Notes: a model not told the origin generated them from the letters alone. Numbered from the stretch's first letter, positions 27,822-36,819 are shown. The stretch: DNA of 64,000 bases from a candidate division WWE3 bacterium GW2011_GWC2_41_23 (GCA_000996895.1 LCBB01000002.1:27596-91595); one strand, 5' to 3'. Translations and numbers: made by a program.

Positions 27822-28082
27822 TTAGAAACTCAGGACAGTATACAGCAGGAAAAAAATGAGTACGCCAAACACCGCGTACTCGGCTGCGATAAATTTGGTC
27901 AGCCTTCCTTCCACAGCATGATGAATAATCCCCCAAAGAACATAACCGAAGGAAGCAACCCCGGATAAGAATATCAGTACCCTGTGGTCATACCTGAAGT
28001 AGTAAAACAACAAACTTATTATGGCAGCGAGGGACAACAAGACTGCATATTCAACTAAGTGTGTGTCAGTCTTTTCTTTCAT
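27822..28082 (-). CDS. small two-helix membrane protein (86 aa)
   Basis: ATGA start/stop overlap with the CAP-domain gene at 28079-28082. Two hydrophobic helices. No family. Confidence 0.5.
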   Translation of the reverse strand: MKEKTDTHLVEYAVLLSLAAIISLLFYYFRYDHRVLIFLSGVASFGYVLWGIIHHAVEGRLTKFIAAEYAVFGVLIFFLLYTVLSF

Positions 28083-29068
28083 AAAACTATCCCCGGAGTC
28101 AGAACAAACCAGATACTGGCAACCACAAGTACCAAAATACCCAAATGGGCAACTGTGTGCCCCGTAAATTTGTGAATTCCTTTTCTCTTTGAATACCATA
28201 CGTCCAGAGCTAAAAGTGTGCCGACAAATCCGCCGAAGACCGCACTGACGGTTTTGGTAGCCACAGTCACATCAAGAGCGGGGTTTTCCGGAAGTGCTTG
28301 TGTATACACGGGCTGTTGTAAAGACTCTGAGGTGCCCTCTGTTGCGGGCAATTCTACCCTTTCAGATACCGCTGCCGTAGCTTCTTTCTCAAGAACAGTT
28401 TGTTCTTCATAAACTGATGCTACCTGAGCAGCATTTCTTGGTCTTCCGAACATCTGTACTACCAAAGTTGTTTCATAGCCTTCTATAACTCCGTTAACTA
28501 CGGCAAACCCTATTTCATCATAGTTCGGGCTTAAAAGATTTTCTTTGTGGGAAGTAGATTTCATCCACGCTTCGACCACATCTTTTGAGTTGCTAAAATT
28601 CTTTGCCAGGTTTTCTCCCGCGTAAATATAATCGTAATTCTGACCCAAAATAAAATCCCACGGTTCCGTGCCATCGGGGGAAATGTGCGCCCAATACTGA
28701 TCCTTAAACATATCCTCAGCCTTTTGGTGCGCAGCTGAAGTTAACGCAGAATTTAAACGCAGTTCGGACAACCCTGCGTCTTTCCTTCTTGCATTCGTAT
28801 ATGTTAAAAGGTCTTTTACCGTAATGTCCGAAGCGTAACCTAAAACCCCGGGCACTACTTTAGGTAAAAACCTAAACACGCCTGCGATAAGAAGCATCGC
28901 CAGACAATATATAACGATAGCTCTGTTAGAAAGTAAAGTTGCCCGCTTCTGCTGCTCCGGATGGGGTAAAAAGTGGTGCACAAACTGGAATTTTTCGATT
29001 GATTTAGGCTGTTGGCGCCAATCTTTTACGATATTAGACTTCTTTTTTCCTGTAAGCACGGACATCAA
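28079..29068 (-). CDS. CAP/SCP/PR-1-like domain protein with N- and C-terminal TM anchors
   Basis: CAP-domain signature stretches HISPDG ... YAGENLAKNF ... EAWMKSTSHKENLLSPNYDEIGFAV. Confidence 0.75.
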   Translation of the reverse strand: MMSVLTGKKKSNIVKDWRQQPKSIEKFQFVHHFLPHPEQQKRATLLSNRAIVIYCLAMLLIAGVFRFLPKVVPGVLGYASDITVKDLLTYTNARRKDAGLSELRLNSALTSAAHQKAEDMFKDQYWAHISPDGTEPWDFILGQNYDYIYAGENLAKNFSNSKDVVEAWMKSTSHKENLLSPNYDEIGFAVVNGVIEGYETTLVVQMFGRPRNAAQVASVYEEQTVLEKEATAAVSERVELPATEGTSESLQQPVYTQALPENPALDVTVATKTVSAVFGGFVGTLLALDVWYSKRKGIHKFTGHTVAHLGILVLVVASIWFVLTPGIVL

Positions 29069-29155
29069 AGAAATTATATCTCAAAGGTACAGAAAGGACT
29101 AGAACGGACGCTTTTGGTAAAAAAAACTAACTTCCGTACCCGGTAAGACTATAGG

Positions 29156-29183
29156 TTGACAATATCTTACGGGGTGCTAGAAT
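29156..29183 (+). promoter_or_regulatory. near-consensus sigma70 promoter (TTGACA-N16-TAGAAT)
   Basis: -35 TTGACA at 29156-29161 and -10 TAGAAT at 29178-29183, upstream of the 64-aa ORF. Confidence 0.65.
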
Positions 29184-29241
29184 TACATTTATCAATAGAT
29201 GTGACAAAGGCAGGGTACGTTAGGTAAAGAGGAGGAAAGAA

Positions 29242-29436
29242 ATGGAAACGAAGTATGTGGTCGCCAAGATTTTAACGTGGGTTTTTATTCTGGCGGAAAT
29301 AGTTTTGGTGGCAGTCTGTGTTATTCACAGAACAGACGTTACACCGTCACTAAAAGCCCTTTTTGTTTTACTCCTGTTCTTGGGTATAGGTTTTTGGGAC
29401 AAATATGCTCATCGACCGCAAGACCAGGATGATTAG
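29242..29436 (+). CDS. small two-TM membrane protein (64 aa)
   Basis: SD AGAGGAGGAAAG before the ATG. Its own promoter and terminator. Hydrophobic helices VVAKILTWVFILAEIVLVAVCVI and LFVLLLFLGIGFW. Confidence 0.6.
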   Translation: METKYVVAKILTWVFILAEIVLVAVCVIHRTDVTPSLKALFVLLLFLGIGFWDKYAHRPQDQDD

Positions 29437-29448
29437 TTTCAAGTACGC

Positions 29449-29496
29449 AGCACCTCAAATTTGGAGAAATCTAAATTATGGGGTGCTTTTTTTATT
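29449..29496 (+). terminator. hairpin + T7 terminator after the 64-aa ORF
   Basis: AGCACC pairs with GGTGCT (long loop), followed by TTTTTTT. Lies at the convergent junction with adk. Confidence 0.45.
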
Positions 29497-30112
29497 CTTG
29501 AAGTTTCTTTTTTACTTCCTCAAAAACTTCCTCCGGAGAGCCGGAACCGTCTACCTCAATAAGAATACCGTCGGAACGGAACTTCTCTATTTGAACGCTT
29601 GTCTCGTTTTTAAAAATCTCGAGTCTTCTTAAAATCGCTTCTTCTTTATCGTCATCCCTTTGCTTAAGTGCTCCCCCGCATTTATCGCAAACTCCTTCGA
29701 CTTTGGGAGGTTTTGACACAATGTTATAAACAGCACCACATGACTCGCATGTTCTTCTTGTGGATAACCTTGCCAAAGAAAGCTCACGAGGAATGTTTAT
29801 TAAAAAGACTTTGTCGTACGTGGGATCAAAAAATACCAAATCTTCTGTCGTCCTCCCCCAACCGTCCATGATGTATCCTTTTTCGTAGCCGGGACCTGAA
29901 ACAGTTTCTTTTAAAATCTCGGCAACTTTGTCCTGGGGCGCGAGATGCCCGGCTAAAAGCGCATCATTAATCTCCCGGTACCACGGATGCCCCGGTTTTA
30001 GGTCGCGTAGAGCCTGTCCTACTGATACCAGAGGCAATCCGAGGTGTTTACTCAGCATTTCGCCCTGTGTACCTTTTCCTGAGCCTACGGTCCCCATTAA
30101 TAATATTTTCAT
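29492..30112 (-). CDS. adk: adenylate kinase
   Basis: P-loop GTVGSGKGTQ and the zinc lid Cx2C...Cx2C (CESCG...CDKCG). Confidence 0.95.
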   Translation of the reverse strand: MKILLMGTVGSGKGTQGEMLSKHLGLPLVSVGQALRDLKPGHPWYREINDALLAGHLAPQDKVAEILKETVSGPGYEKGYIMDGWGRTTEDLVFFDPTYDKVFLINIPRELSLARLSTRRTCESCGAVYNIVSKPPKVEGVCDKCGGALKQRDDDKEEAILRRLEIFKNETSVQIEKFRSDGILIEVDGSGSPEEVFEEVKKKLQE

Positions 30113-30120
30113 TTAGCGGT

Positions 30121-30387
30121 TTAAAGTCCGGGGAGTCCGAGATCCTGCAACTGCCCCCTCATTTGTTTCTCAACTTTTTTGTCGACGTCCTTAAAGGCAT
30201 CATTTAACAACTCTCTTAAAACCTTGTCGTCCTGTCCGTCTATTTCCAGTTTTTCGATTCTTTTGTCGCCTCTAATTACTATTCTCAGCCTGCCCTTTTC
30301 GGAGGTAACAAAAATATTCTCCATTTGTTTTTTAATACCGGACTGGGCTTTTCTTAATTTATTTATGTCTTTTAATTTATCGAACAT
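30121..30387 (-). CDS. ybaB: YbaB/EbfC-family nucleoid-associated protein
   Basis: 88 aa. Aligns along its length with E. coli YbaB (MF.K...AQ..., VT.E.G, EID, AF.D). Confidence 0.7.
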   Translation of the reverse strand: MFDKLKDINKLRKAQSGIKKQMENIFVTSEKGRLRIVIRGDKRIEKLEIDGQDDKVLRELLNDAFKDVDKKVEKQMRGQLQDLGLPGL

Positions 30388-30396
30388 CTTTCCTCC

Positions 30397-31653
30397 TTAG
30401 AACAAAAACTTATCGTAGCTTCTTGTTACCATTAACGATTCTGTCTGTCTAATTGTCTCAAGCACAACGGACACCACGATGAGTAAGCTCGTACCTCCGA
30501 CGGTCATGGCCGTAGATCCTGCAGCTCCCTGGAAAAAGAACGGAAGGATTGCGATTAAACCAAGAAACACGGCCCCCGCCAGAGTGATTCTATTTACAAC
30601 GCTTTTGAGATAACGTGCGGTGCCCATTCCAGGTCTGATTCCCGGGATGAAACCTCCCCGTTTTTTAACATCGTCCGCAATTTTTTGAGGGTTGAATTGT
30701 ATACCTGTATAAAAGAATGTGAACGCAACAACCAATATGAAATATAGGACGTTGTAAGCAATATCGTTTTGACCGAAATTAATCGACAGAAATGTTCCTA
30801 TGTCCTGCAAAGTGCCGTTACCAGAACCCACCAAAGGACCTGCCAGCAGGGAGGGTACCATAACTACGGAAACTGCAAAAATAATGGGAATAACACCGGC
30901 CTGATTGATTTTAAGCGGAAGGTAGTTAGTAACCTTCTGACTTCTGGTGCCTGTTCTGCCGTACTCAATTACCAGATTTCTGGTACCCTCGTTGACCAGT
31001 ACCACGCTGGCAACAATTACTACCGCCAGAACTGCGAATAAAAGGGCACTGAAAACTGTGTCTGATGTGAGTGTAGCAATATATGCATAAATTTGTTGAG
31101 GAAACCTACTGATGATTCCCACGAAGATTAACAGTGAAACTCCGTTTCCTATGCCACGTTCCGTAACCAAGTCACCGAGCCAGACTAAAAACATTGCTCC
31201 TGCAGACATTGTTACCATTAGAACCAGAAGATCTATAGAGCTAAGTATCGGAATTGCCCCCTGTTTGTTTAACAAAAAATATATTCCGTAAGCCTGGATA
31301 ATCGTCATCGGCACACTAAGGTATTTAGTATAAAGGTTTATCTTTTCTCTTCCGTACTCCCCCTCTTTTGCCATCTCCTCGAGCGAGGGAACCATAACGG
31401 TTAAAAGCTGCATAATAATGGACGCGTTGATGTAAGGTCCCAACCCAAGAGTAACAATGGAAAAGTTTTGAAATCCACCTCCGCTGAAAAGGTCGAACAT
31501 TCCAAATAACGCGTTGCCGGATAGAAATGATCTAATGGTAGCAACGTCTACGCCCGGAACCGGAACGTGCGCTAAAAGTCTGAATATTACAATGATCGAA
31601 AGGGTAAAAATAATTTTTCTTCTTACTTCAGGGTATCTGAATAGTTTAATCAT
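30397..31653 (-). CDS. secY: preprotein translocase SecY
   Basis: 418 aa, 10 TM helices. Position after rplO. Confidence 0.95.
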   Translation of the reverse strand: MIKLFRYPEVRRKIIFTLSIIVIFRLLAHVPVPGVDVATIRSFLSGNALFGMFDLFSGGGFQNFSIVTLGLGPYINASIIMQLLTVMVPSLEEMAKEGEYGREKINLYTKYLSVPMTIIQAYGIYFLLNKQGAIPILSSIDLLVLMVTMSAGAMFLVWLGDLVTERGIGNGVSLLIFVGIISRFPQQIYAYIATLTSDTVFSALLFAVLAVVIVASVVLVNEGTRNLVIEYGRTGTRSQKVTNYLPLKINQAGVIPIIFAVSVVMVPSLLAGPLVGSGNGTLQDIGTFLSINFGQNDIAYNVLYFILVVAFTFFYTGIQFNPQKIADDVKKRGGFIPGIRPGMGTARYLKSVVNRITLAGAVFLGLIAILPFFFQGAAGSTAMTVGGTSLLIVVSVVLETIRQTESLMVTRSYDKFLF

Positions 31654-32083
31654 TTAGGGTAGAGCCCGATTTTTTTGCTTCCTCAAGTGCTCCTCTAGAA
31701 TAGGTGAACCCCTTAAGGATCAGTTTCTTTTTAAGGCTTCCTCCACCAATGATTTTAACACCCTGGCGTGTAAGAGTTCTAATGATTCTTTTCTTAAGGA
31801 GACTCATTGGAGTTACTTCGGTACCTTCTTCGAACTTGTTCAATTCTTCTAATCTTATCCCTACAGCTTTTTTTAAAGATTTAAATCCGCCGAGCTGGGG
31901 GAGTCTTTTATAAAGAGGAACCTGACCTCCCTCAAATCCTACCGCTAAGTTATGGCCGGTTCTGGACAATTGACCTTTCATCCCTCTTCCGACTGTGTGG
32001 CCGCCTTTACCTGAACCGTAACCGCGTCCCAGTCTTTTTTTGCTTCTTTTTGTTTTTAAAGATACTAAGTTAGATAGATCCAT
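31646..32083 (-). CDS. rplO: 50S ribosomal protein L15
   Basis: KRLGRGYGSGKGGHTVGRGMKGQ. Confidence 0.95.
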   Translation of the reverse strand: MDLSNLVSLKTKRSKKRLGRGYGSGKGGHTVGRGMKGQLSRTGHNLAVGFEGGQVPLYKRLPQLGGFKSLKKAVGIRLEELNKFEEGTEVTPMSLLKKRIIRTLTRQGVKIIGGGSLKKKLILKGFTYSRGALEEAKKSGSTLND

Positions 32084-32086
32084 ATT

Positions 32087-32545
32087 TTATCCTTTTAATT
32101 TCTTCAGGGCTTTTAAAGTACACCTTACGTTACTTATTTTATTGTTTGCTCCGATCATTTTAGCTGAAATGTCTTTTATTCCTGCTAATTCCAAAACTGC
32201 ACGTACTGCGCCGCCTGCAATTACTCCGGTACCTTTAGGAGCCGGCTTTAAGAAAACCTTGGCTGATTCATACTTTGCAAGAACTTCATGAGAAATTGTG
32301 GGGCCGTTCAATTTGATTTCGACCATCGATTTCTTTGCTTTACCTATAGCTTTGTTTATTGAACTCGCAACGTCGGGCGCTTTTCCATAACCTACACCGA
32401 CCCTACCGTTGTTATTTCCGACAATAGCGAGTACCGCGAAAGCAATTGTGTTGCCTCCCTTGGTCTTTTTGGAAACTCTTCTGATCTCCAGGACCTTCTC
32501 TTCAATTTCATCAAATTTCGTTGTGTTGACATCTGCGGTCATCAT
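32087..32545 (-). CDS. rpsE: 30S ribosomal protein S5
   Basis: RRVSKKTKGGNTIAFAVLAIVGNNNGRVGVGYGKA. Only 3 nt from rplO, so there is no rpmD. Confidence 0.95.
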   Translation of the reverse strand: MMTADVNTTKFDEIEEKVLEIRRVSKKTKGGNTIAFAVLAIVGNNNGRVGVGYGKAPDVASSINKAIGKAKKSMVEIKLNGPTISHEVLAKYESAKVFLKPAPKGTGVIAGGAVRAVLELAGIKDISAKMIGANNKISNVRCTLKALKKLKG

Positions 32546-32901
32546 AATTTTAAGCCCCCTTCTCTGGCTCCGTCAGCTAAAGCCTTTACTCTTCCGTGAA
32601 ATCTGAATCCGTTCCTGTCGAACACCGCTTCTTTTATCTTGTGTTCTATCGCTTTTGCTGCCAAAGCTTTTCCTGCTTCAAATGCGATTTCCGTCTTGGT
32701 TTTTCCTTTAACAGTTTTTTCAACCTCTACGGACACCGCTGCAATTGTATGCCCTTTTACATCATCAATAAGCTGGGCGTAAATGTGCTTGCTAGTTCTG
32801 AAGACGGAAATTCTGGGAGTTTTTCCCGTTCCTGAGATCTTTTTTCTGACTCTCAGTTTTCGTCTTTCAATATTTGTTTTTCTTAAATTTACTTTATACA
32901 T
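32542..32901 (-). CDS. rplR: 50S ribosomal protein L18
   Basis: Sequence and operon position. Confidence 0.9.
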   Translation of the reverse strand: MYKVNLRKTNIERRKLRVRKKISGTGKTPRISVFRTSKHIYAQLIDDVKGHTIAAVSVEVEKTVKGKTKTEIAFEAGKALAAKAIEHKIKEAVFDRNGFRFHGRVKALADGAREGGLKL

Positions 32902-32910
32902 ATATTTATA

Positions 32911-33492
32911 TTACTTAGCAGACTTCGCTGCCTTTCCCGCTTTTCTTCTAACTTTTTCGCCTGCATATTTTATTCCTTTACCTTTGTAAGGTTCCGGTTT
33001 TCTTAGTTTTCTAATCTTAGCCGCTGTAAGTCCCACCAGATCTTTGTCTATTCCTTTAACTGTTAAAGTCTGATTTTCTCCGACCTCGAATTTTATGCCT
33101 TCCGGAGCTTTTATTTTCACCGGATGGGAAAAACCCAAAGTAAGCGAAATCGCGTCGGGAGCTTCCTGTTTAACCCTGTAGCCCACTCCGATAAGTTCAA
33201 GATTTTTATTAAAGCCGTCTGTAACTCCTTCGACCATATTGGCAACCAAAGATCGGGTCATTCCCCAAAACGCACTGGACTGCTTGGTCTCAATGGCTAT
33301 AGAAACCTTTGCTTCGTCGCCCTCAACCTGTACCGCTATTTCAGGCCTTACGTTAAGCTTAAGTTCGCCTTTGGGACCTTTTACGGTAACCAGCGAATCT
33401 TTAATCTCAAATGTGACCCCTGCGGGTATTTTTACAGGTAGCTTTCCTAATCGGCTCATATTAATAAACCTCGCAAATAATCTCTCCGCCAA
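32911..33492 (-). CDS. rplF: 50S ribosomal protein L6
   Basis: Two-domain L6 sequence and operon position. Confidence 0.9.
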   Translation of the reverse strand: MAERLFARFINMSRLGKLPVKIPAGVTFEIKDSLVTVKGPKGELKLNVRPEIAVQVEGDEAKVSIAIETKQSSAFWGMTRSLVANMVEGVTDGFNKNLELIGVGYRVKQEAPDAISLTLGFSHPVKIKAPEGIKFEVGENQTLTVKGIDKDLVGLTAAKIRKLRKPEPYKGKGIKYAGEKVRRKAGKAAKSAK

Positions 33493-33859
33493 TTTTTTTC
33501 TTTCTGGCCTCGGTAGAACTCATAATACCTTTTGATGTTGACACGACCATAACACCGAAACCTCTTTTGAAAGTACCGATTTCATCGGCCCCTCTGTATA
33601 TTCTTCTTCCGGGTTTCGAAACTCTTCTTGCCTCAGTAAGAGCAAAAACGTTATCGTCTATTGCCAGCTCTATGTGCAATCTCTTTACGGTCGTCTTTTC
33701 AGGTTTAAACACCTTAACGCTTTCCAGAAAACCTTTTTCTTTCAGGACTTTGGCGACTTCTTCGCACTCTTTTGAATACCTTGTTTCCACAACTTTCTTA
33801 CCCGCCATCGAAGCGTTTTTTAAAGAACTTAACATGTTAGATAATCTGTCCATTGACAT
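33461..33859 (-). CDS. rpsH: 30S ribosomal protein S8
   Basis: Sequence and operon position. Confidence 0.9.
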   Translation of the reverse strand: MSMDRLSNMLSSLKNASMAGKKVVETRYSKECEEVAKVLKEKGFLESVKVFKPEKTTVKRLHIELAIDDNVFALTEARRVSKPGRRIYRGADEIGTFKRGFGVMVVSTSKGIMSSTEARKKKIGGEIICEVY

Positions 33860-33864
33860 AGAAG

Positions 33865-34050
33865 TTACCAGCTGGCCTTTCTTATTCCGGGTAACACGCC
33901 TGAGTGCGCGAGCTCCCTAAAACACTTCCTGCACATTTTAAATCTTCTGTAGTATCCTCTGGGATTTCCGCAAAGAGGACATCTGTGGTACGCTCTCGAA
34001 CTAAATTTTGCTTCTCTTTTTTGTTTTGCTATTAATGACTTTTTTGCCAT
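33865..34050 (-). CDS. rpsZ: 30S ribosomal protein S14, zinc-binding type (61 aa)
   Basis: [13 protein letters not shown]...[23 protein letters not shown] with two CxxC pairs. Start moved to the internal Met. Confidence 0.9.
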   Translation of the reverse strand: MAKKSLIAKQKREAKFSSRAYHRCPLCGNPRGYYRRFKMCRKCFRELAHSGVLPGIRKASW

Positions 34051-34051
34051 A

Positions 34052-34597
34052 TTAATCGTCCTTCCTAAACGGCATTCCCAAACCCGCAAGTAAGTATTTG
34101 TTATGTTCAACATCGGACGTGCTGAAAACCACGGTGATCTGCATGCTTCTTAAACCTTTTGTGGTGTTCGGGTTAACCTCCGGGAAAATAACATGTTCTC
34201 TGATGCCAAGGGAATAATTTCCATTGCCGTCGAAGGACGTGTCCTCTAACCCTCTGAAGTCCCTTACTCTGGGTATCGCGATGTTAATTAATTTATCAAG
34301 AAATGCCCACATTCTCTCGCCCCTTAAGGTCACTGAGTAACCTACTATATCACCTTGTCTTATCTTAAATCCAGCTACCGATTGACGGGCTTTTCTTGGA
34401 TACGCTTTTTGTCCGGCTAAAGATGAAAATTCCTCCAGGAATGACTCCAATGCTTCCCTGTTTTCCCTGAAAGGACCCACGCCGGAGTTTATTGAAACTT
34501 TCAGTACTTTCGGCAAAGCCATGACATTAGAAATTTTTAGTTCTTTCATCATCTTCGGTGCTATTTCTTTAATGTATTTTTCTTTAAGTCTGTTCAT
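34052..34597 (-). CDS. rplE: 50S ribosomal protein L5
   Basis: Sequence and operon position. Confidence 0.95.
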   Translation of the reverse strand: MNRLKEKYIKEIAPKMMKELKISNVMALPKVLKVSINSGVGPFRENREALESFLEEFSSLAGQKAYPRKARQSVAGFKIRQGDIVGYSVTLRGERMWAFLDKLINIAIPRVRDFRGLEDTSFDGNGNYSLGIREHVIFPEVNPNTTKGLRSMQITVVFSTSDVEHNKYLLAGLGMPFRKDD

Positions 34598-34917
34598 TTT
34601 CCTTTTTTAACCTCAATAACTTCACCTGATTTTTTATTTATTCTGTATTTTTTTCCGTCAATTATTTTGTATCCGACCCTTACCGGATCTCCGGACTTTT
34701 GATCTATCAACATGACGTTAGAAACATTGACCGGTTTTTCCATACTAATAATGCCACCTTCTTTTGAAACTTTACCCGGCTTTACGTGTTTCTTTATAAT
34801 GTTTACTCCCTCAACCAAAACTTTTCCTTTGGCAAGCAACACCTTTAACACTTTTCCGGTTTTACCCTTGTCTTTTCCTGCTATTACTTTTACTTTGTCG
34901 TCTTTTAATATTTTCAT
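34594..34917 (-). CDS. rplX: 50S ribosomal protein L24
   Basis: KOW motif. Start moved to the internal MKILKDDKVKVIAGKDKGK. Confidence 0.9.
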   Translation of the reverse strand: MKILKDDKVKVIAGKDKGKTGKVLKVLLAKGKVLVEGVNIIKKHVKPGKVSKEGGIISMEKPVNVSNVMLIDQKSGDPVRVGYKIIDGKKYRINKKSGEVIEVKKGK

Positions 34918-34921
34918 ATTC

Positions 34922-35287
34922 TTACCAAACCTCTTTAGCCAAAGATACAATCTTCAAAAGTCCTCTGTCTCTGATTTCCCTGGCTATCGGACCGAAGATA
35001 CGGGTCCCGATTAAGTTTCTATCTTTGTCTACAACCACGGCTGCGTTGTCGTCGAATCTAATGTAGCTACCGTCTTTCCTTCTAACCTCTTTTTTTGTTC
35101 TCACAACTATGGCTTTTACAACAGTGTGGTCTTTTACAGTACCCGCGGAATCGGCACCTTTTACAACAGCAGTAACCAAGTCGCCTATCCTGGCAACGGT
35201 CTTTCTTGAACCGGGAATGCCAATTATTTTTAGTTTCTTGGCTCCGGAATTATCCGCTAGGTTTACTGTAGTACCGATCTGCAGCAT
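34922..35287 (-). CDS. rplN: 50S ribosomal protein L14
   Basis: MLQIGTTVNLADNSGAKK. Confidence 0.95.
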   Translation of the reverse strand: MLQIGTTVNLADNSGAKKLKIIGIPGSRKTVARIGDLVTAVVKGADSAGTVKDHTVVKAIVVRTKKEVRRKDGSYIRFDDNAAVVVDKDRNLIGTRIFGPIAREIRDRGLLKIVSLAKEVW

Positions 35288-35288
35288 A

Positions 35289-35570
35289 TTATTTTTCCTT
35301 TTTCCCCGGCTGTTTAATCACTTCCACAACTTTCCAGGTAACTTCCTTGCTAAAAGGTGCACATTCCTCAACAATAACTTCGGCACCTACGGGCACTCCT
35401 ATCTCGTCTCTGGCTTTCAACCTCTTATTTGTTTTAACAGGCTTACTGTATAAAGGGTGCCTGGTGGAAATATCTATTTTTACCACTACAGTTTTCTGCA
35501 TCTTGGTAGAAACAACCTTTCCTTGTATTCTTCTTGCGCTAGTAGTTTTTTCAGTCATACTAATTCCCAA
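35289..35570 (-). CDS. rpsQ: 30S ribosomal protein S17
   Basis: Sequence and operon position. Confidence 0.9.
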   Translation of the reverse strand: MGISMTEKTTSARRIQGKVVSTKMQKTVVVKIDISTRHPLYSKPVKTNKRLKARDEIGVPVGAEVIVEECAPFSKEVTWKVVEVIKQPGKKEK

Positions 35571-35772
35571 CCTTTTCCGTACTTAAAATTTTATTCTCAT
35601 TAATAACTGTAAGAATCTTAGCCATGTCTCTTCTGAGCAATCCTGCCTTTTTAACATTTTTCTCCTTGCCCTGTAAAGTGTTTAAGGATACTTCTCTTAT
35701 TTCCTTCTCCAGGTTTTTCTTGGTGTCTAATAATTCTTGTTCGCTTTTTTGTCTTAATTCTTTGGCGTTCAT
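35560..35772 (-). CDS. rpmC: 50S ribosomal protein L29
   Basis: Sequence and operon position. Confidence 0.85.
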   Translation of the reverse strand: MNAKELRQKSEQELLDTKKNLEKEIREVSLNTLQGKEKNVKKAGLLRRDMAKILTVINENKILSTEKVGN

Positions 35773-35776
35773 ATAT

Positions 35777-36184
35777 TTATTCCTTGGTCACAAACCTCAT
35801 TTTAATAGGGAGCTTGGCTGAGGCTTTCTTAAAAGCGTGCTTGGCCAATTCTCTTGTAACACCGCCTATTTCAAATACTACTTTGCCCGGTTTTATAACG
35901 GCAGAGTAGTGATCGGTATTTGCTTTTCCGCTTCCCATTCTGGTTTCTGCAGGTTTCGCAACAACCGGCTTATCGGGGAAAACTCTAATCCATAACTTTC
36001 CTCCTCTTTTGGTTTCGTGCATGACGGCTTTTCTTGCTGCTTCGATTTGTCTGGACGTTAAAAGTCCCCTATCTGCGGCTTTCAATGCGTAATCACCGTA
36101 AACAATCTTTGATCCTCTCACAGCAATACCTTTATTGTTACCTCTTTGCTGTTTTCTAAATTTTACTTTCTTCGGCATCAACAT
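35777..36184 (-). CDS. rplP: 50S ribosomal protein L16
   Basis: Sequence and operon position. Confidence 0.95.
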   Translation of the reverse strand: MLMPKKVKFRKQQRGNNKGIAVRGSKIVYGDYALKAADRGLLTSRQIEAARKAVMHETKRGGKLWIRVFPDKPVVAKPAETRMGSGKANTDHYSAVIKPGKVVFEIGGVTRELAKHAFKKASAKLPIKMRFVTKE

Positions 36185-36186
36185 AG

Positions 36187-36819
36187 TTAAATCGTCTTTT
36201 CACCTTTATAAATCCATACTTTTATTCCGATTGTTCCGTAAAGTAAGTGGCAATCAATTTGAGCGTAATCAATCTCCGCTCTTAAGGTTTGAAGCGGGAT
36301 GGAACCCAGCGTGTACTGTTCCGATCTGGAAATTGTGTTGGATCCGCTTAAAACTCCTGACAATCTTATTTTTATTCCTTTTGCTCCCTTATCCATTGCT
36401 CCGCTCAATGCGAACTTTACGACTCTTCTGTAAGGCATCCTTCTTTTTATTTGTCTTGCCAGGTAATCTCCGACAAGCTGGGCTTCCATTTCAGGAGATT
36501 TAACTTCCTCGGCTGTAATCTTAACTTTGGCCTTTGTAAGTTTCTTGATTTCTTTTTCAATTTCTTCTACTCCGGTACCGCCTCTTCCGATGACTACTCC
36601 GGGTTTCGATACTCTCACTGTTATGCTGATGTCGTTTTCAGTTCTTTCGATATCCACCTCTTTTAAACCGGCCATTTCCAATTTCTTTTTTAGGTACTTT
36701 CTTATCTTTATATCTTCGTGTGCTACATCGGCATAAGAAGATGAAGGCGCGTACCATCTGGACTGCCAGTCTCTTGATATTCCTAATCTGTACCCAATCG
36801 GGTTTATCTTTTGTCCCAT
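36187..36819 (-). CDS. rpsC: 30S ribosomal protein S3
   Basis: KH domain plus S3-C domain. Confidence 0.95.
   Translation of the reverse strand: MGQKINPIGYRLGISRDWQSRWYAPSSSYADVAHEDIKIRKYLKKKLEMAGLKEVDIERTENDISITVRVSKPGVVIGRGGTGVEEIEKEIKKLTKAKVKITAEEVKSPEMEAQLVGDYLARQIKRRMPYRRVVKFALSGAMDKGAKGIKIRLSGVLSGSNTISRSEQYTLGSIPLQTLRAEIDYAQIDCHLLYGTIGIKVWIYKGEKTI

Noticed and set aside
27820-27936. N-terminal 39-aa extension of the GT2-GtrA gene (tool start 27936)
   Set aside because: It would overlap the upstream small membrane protein by more than 100 nt. The conserved GT2 N-terminus MKIVIVIPTYNE begins at the internal ATG.
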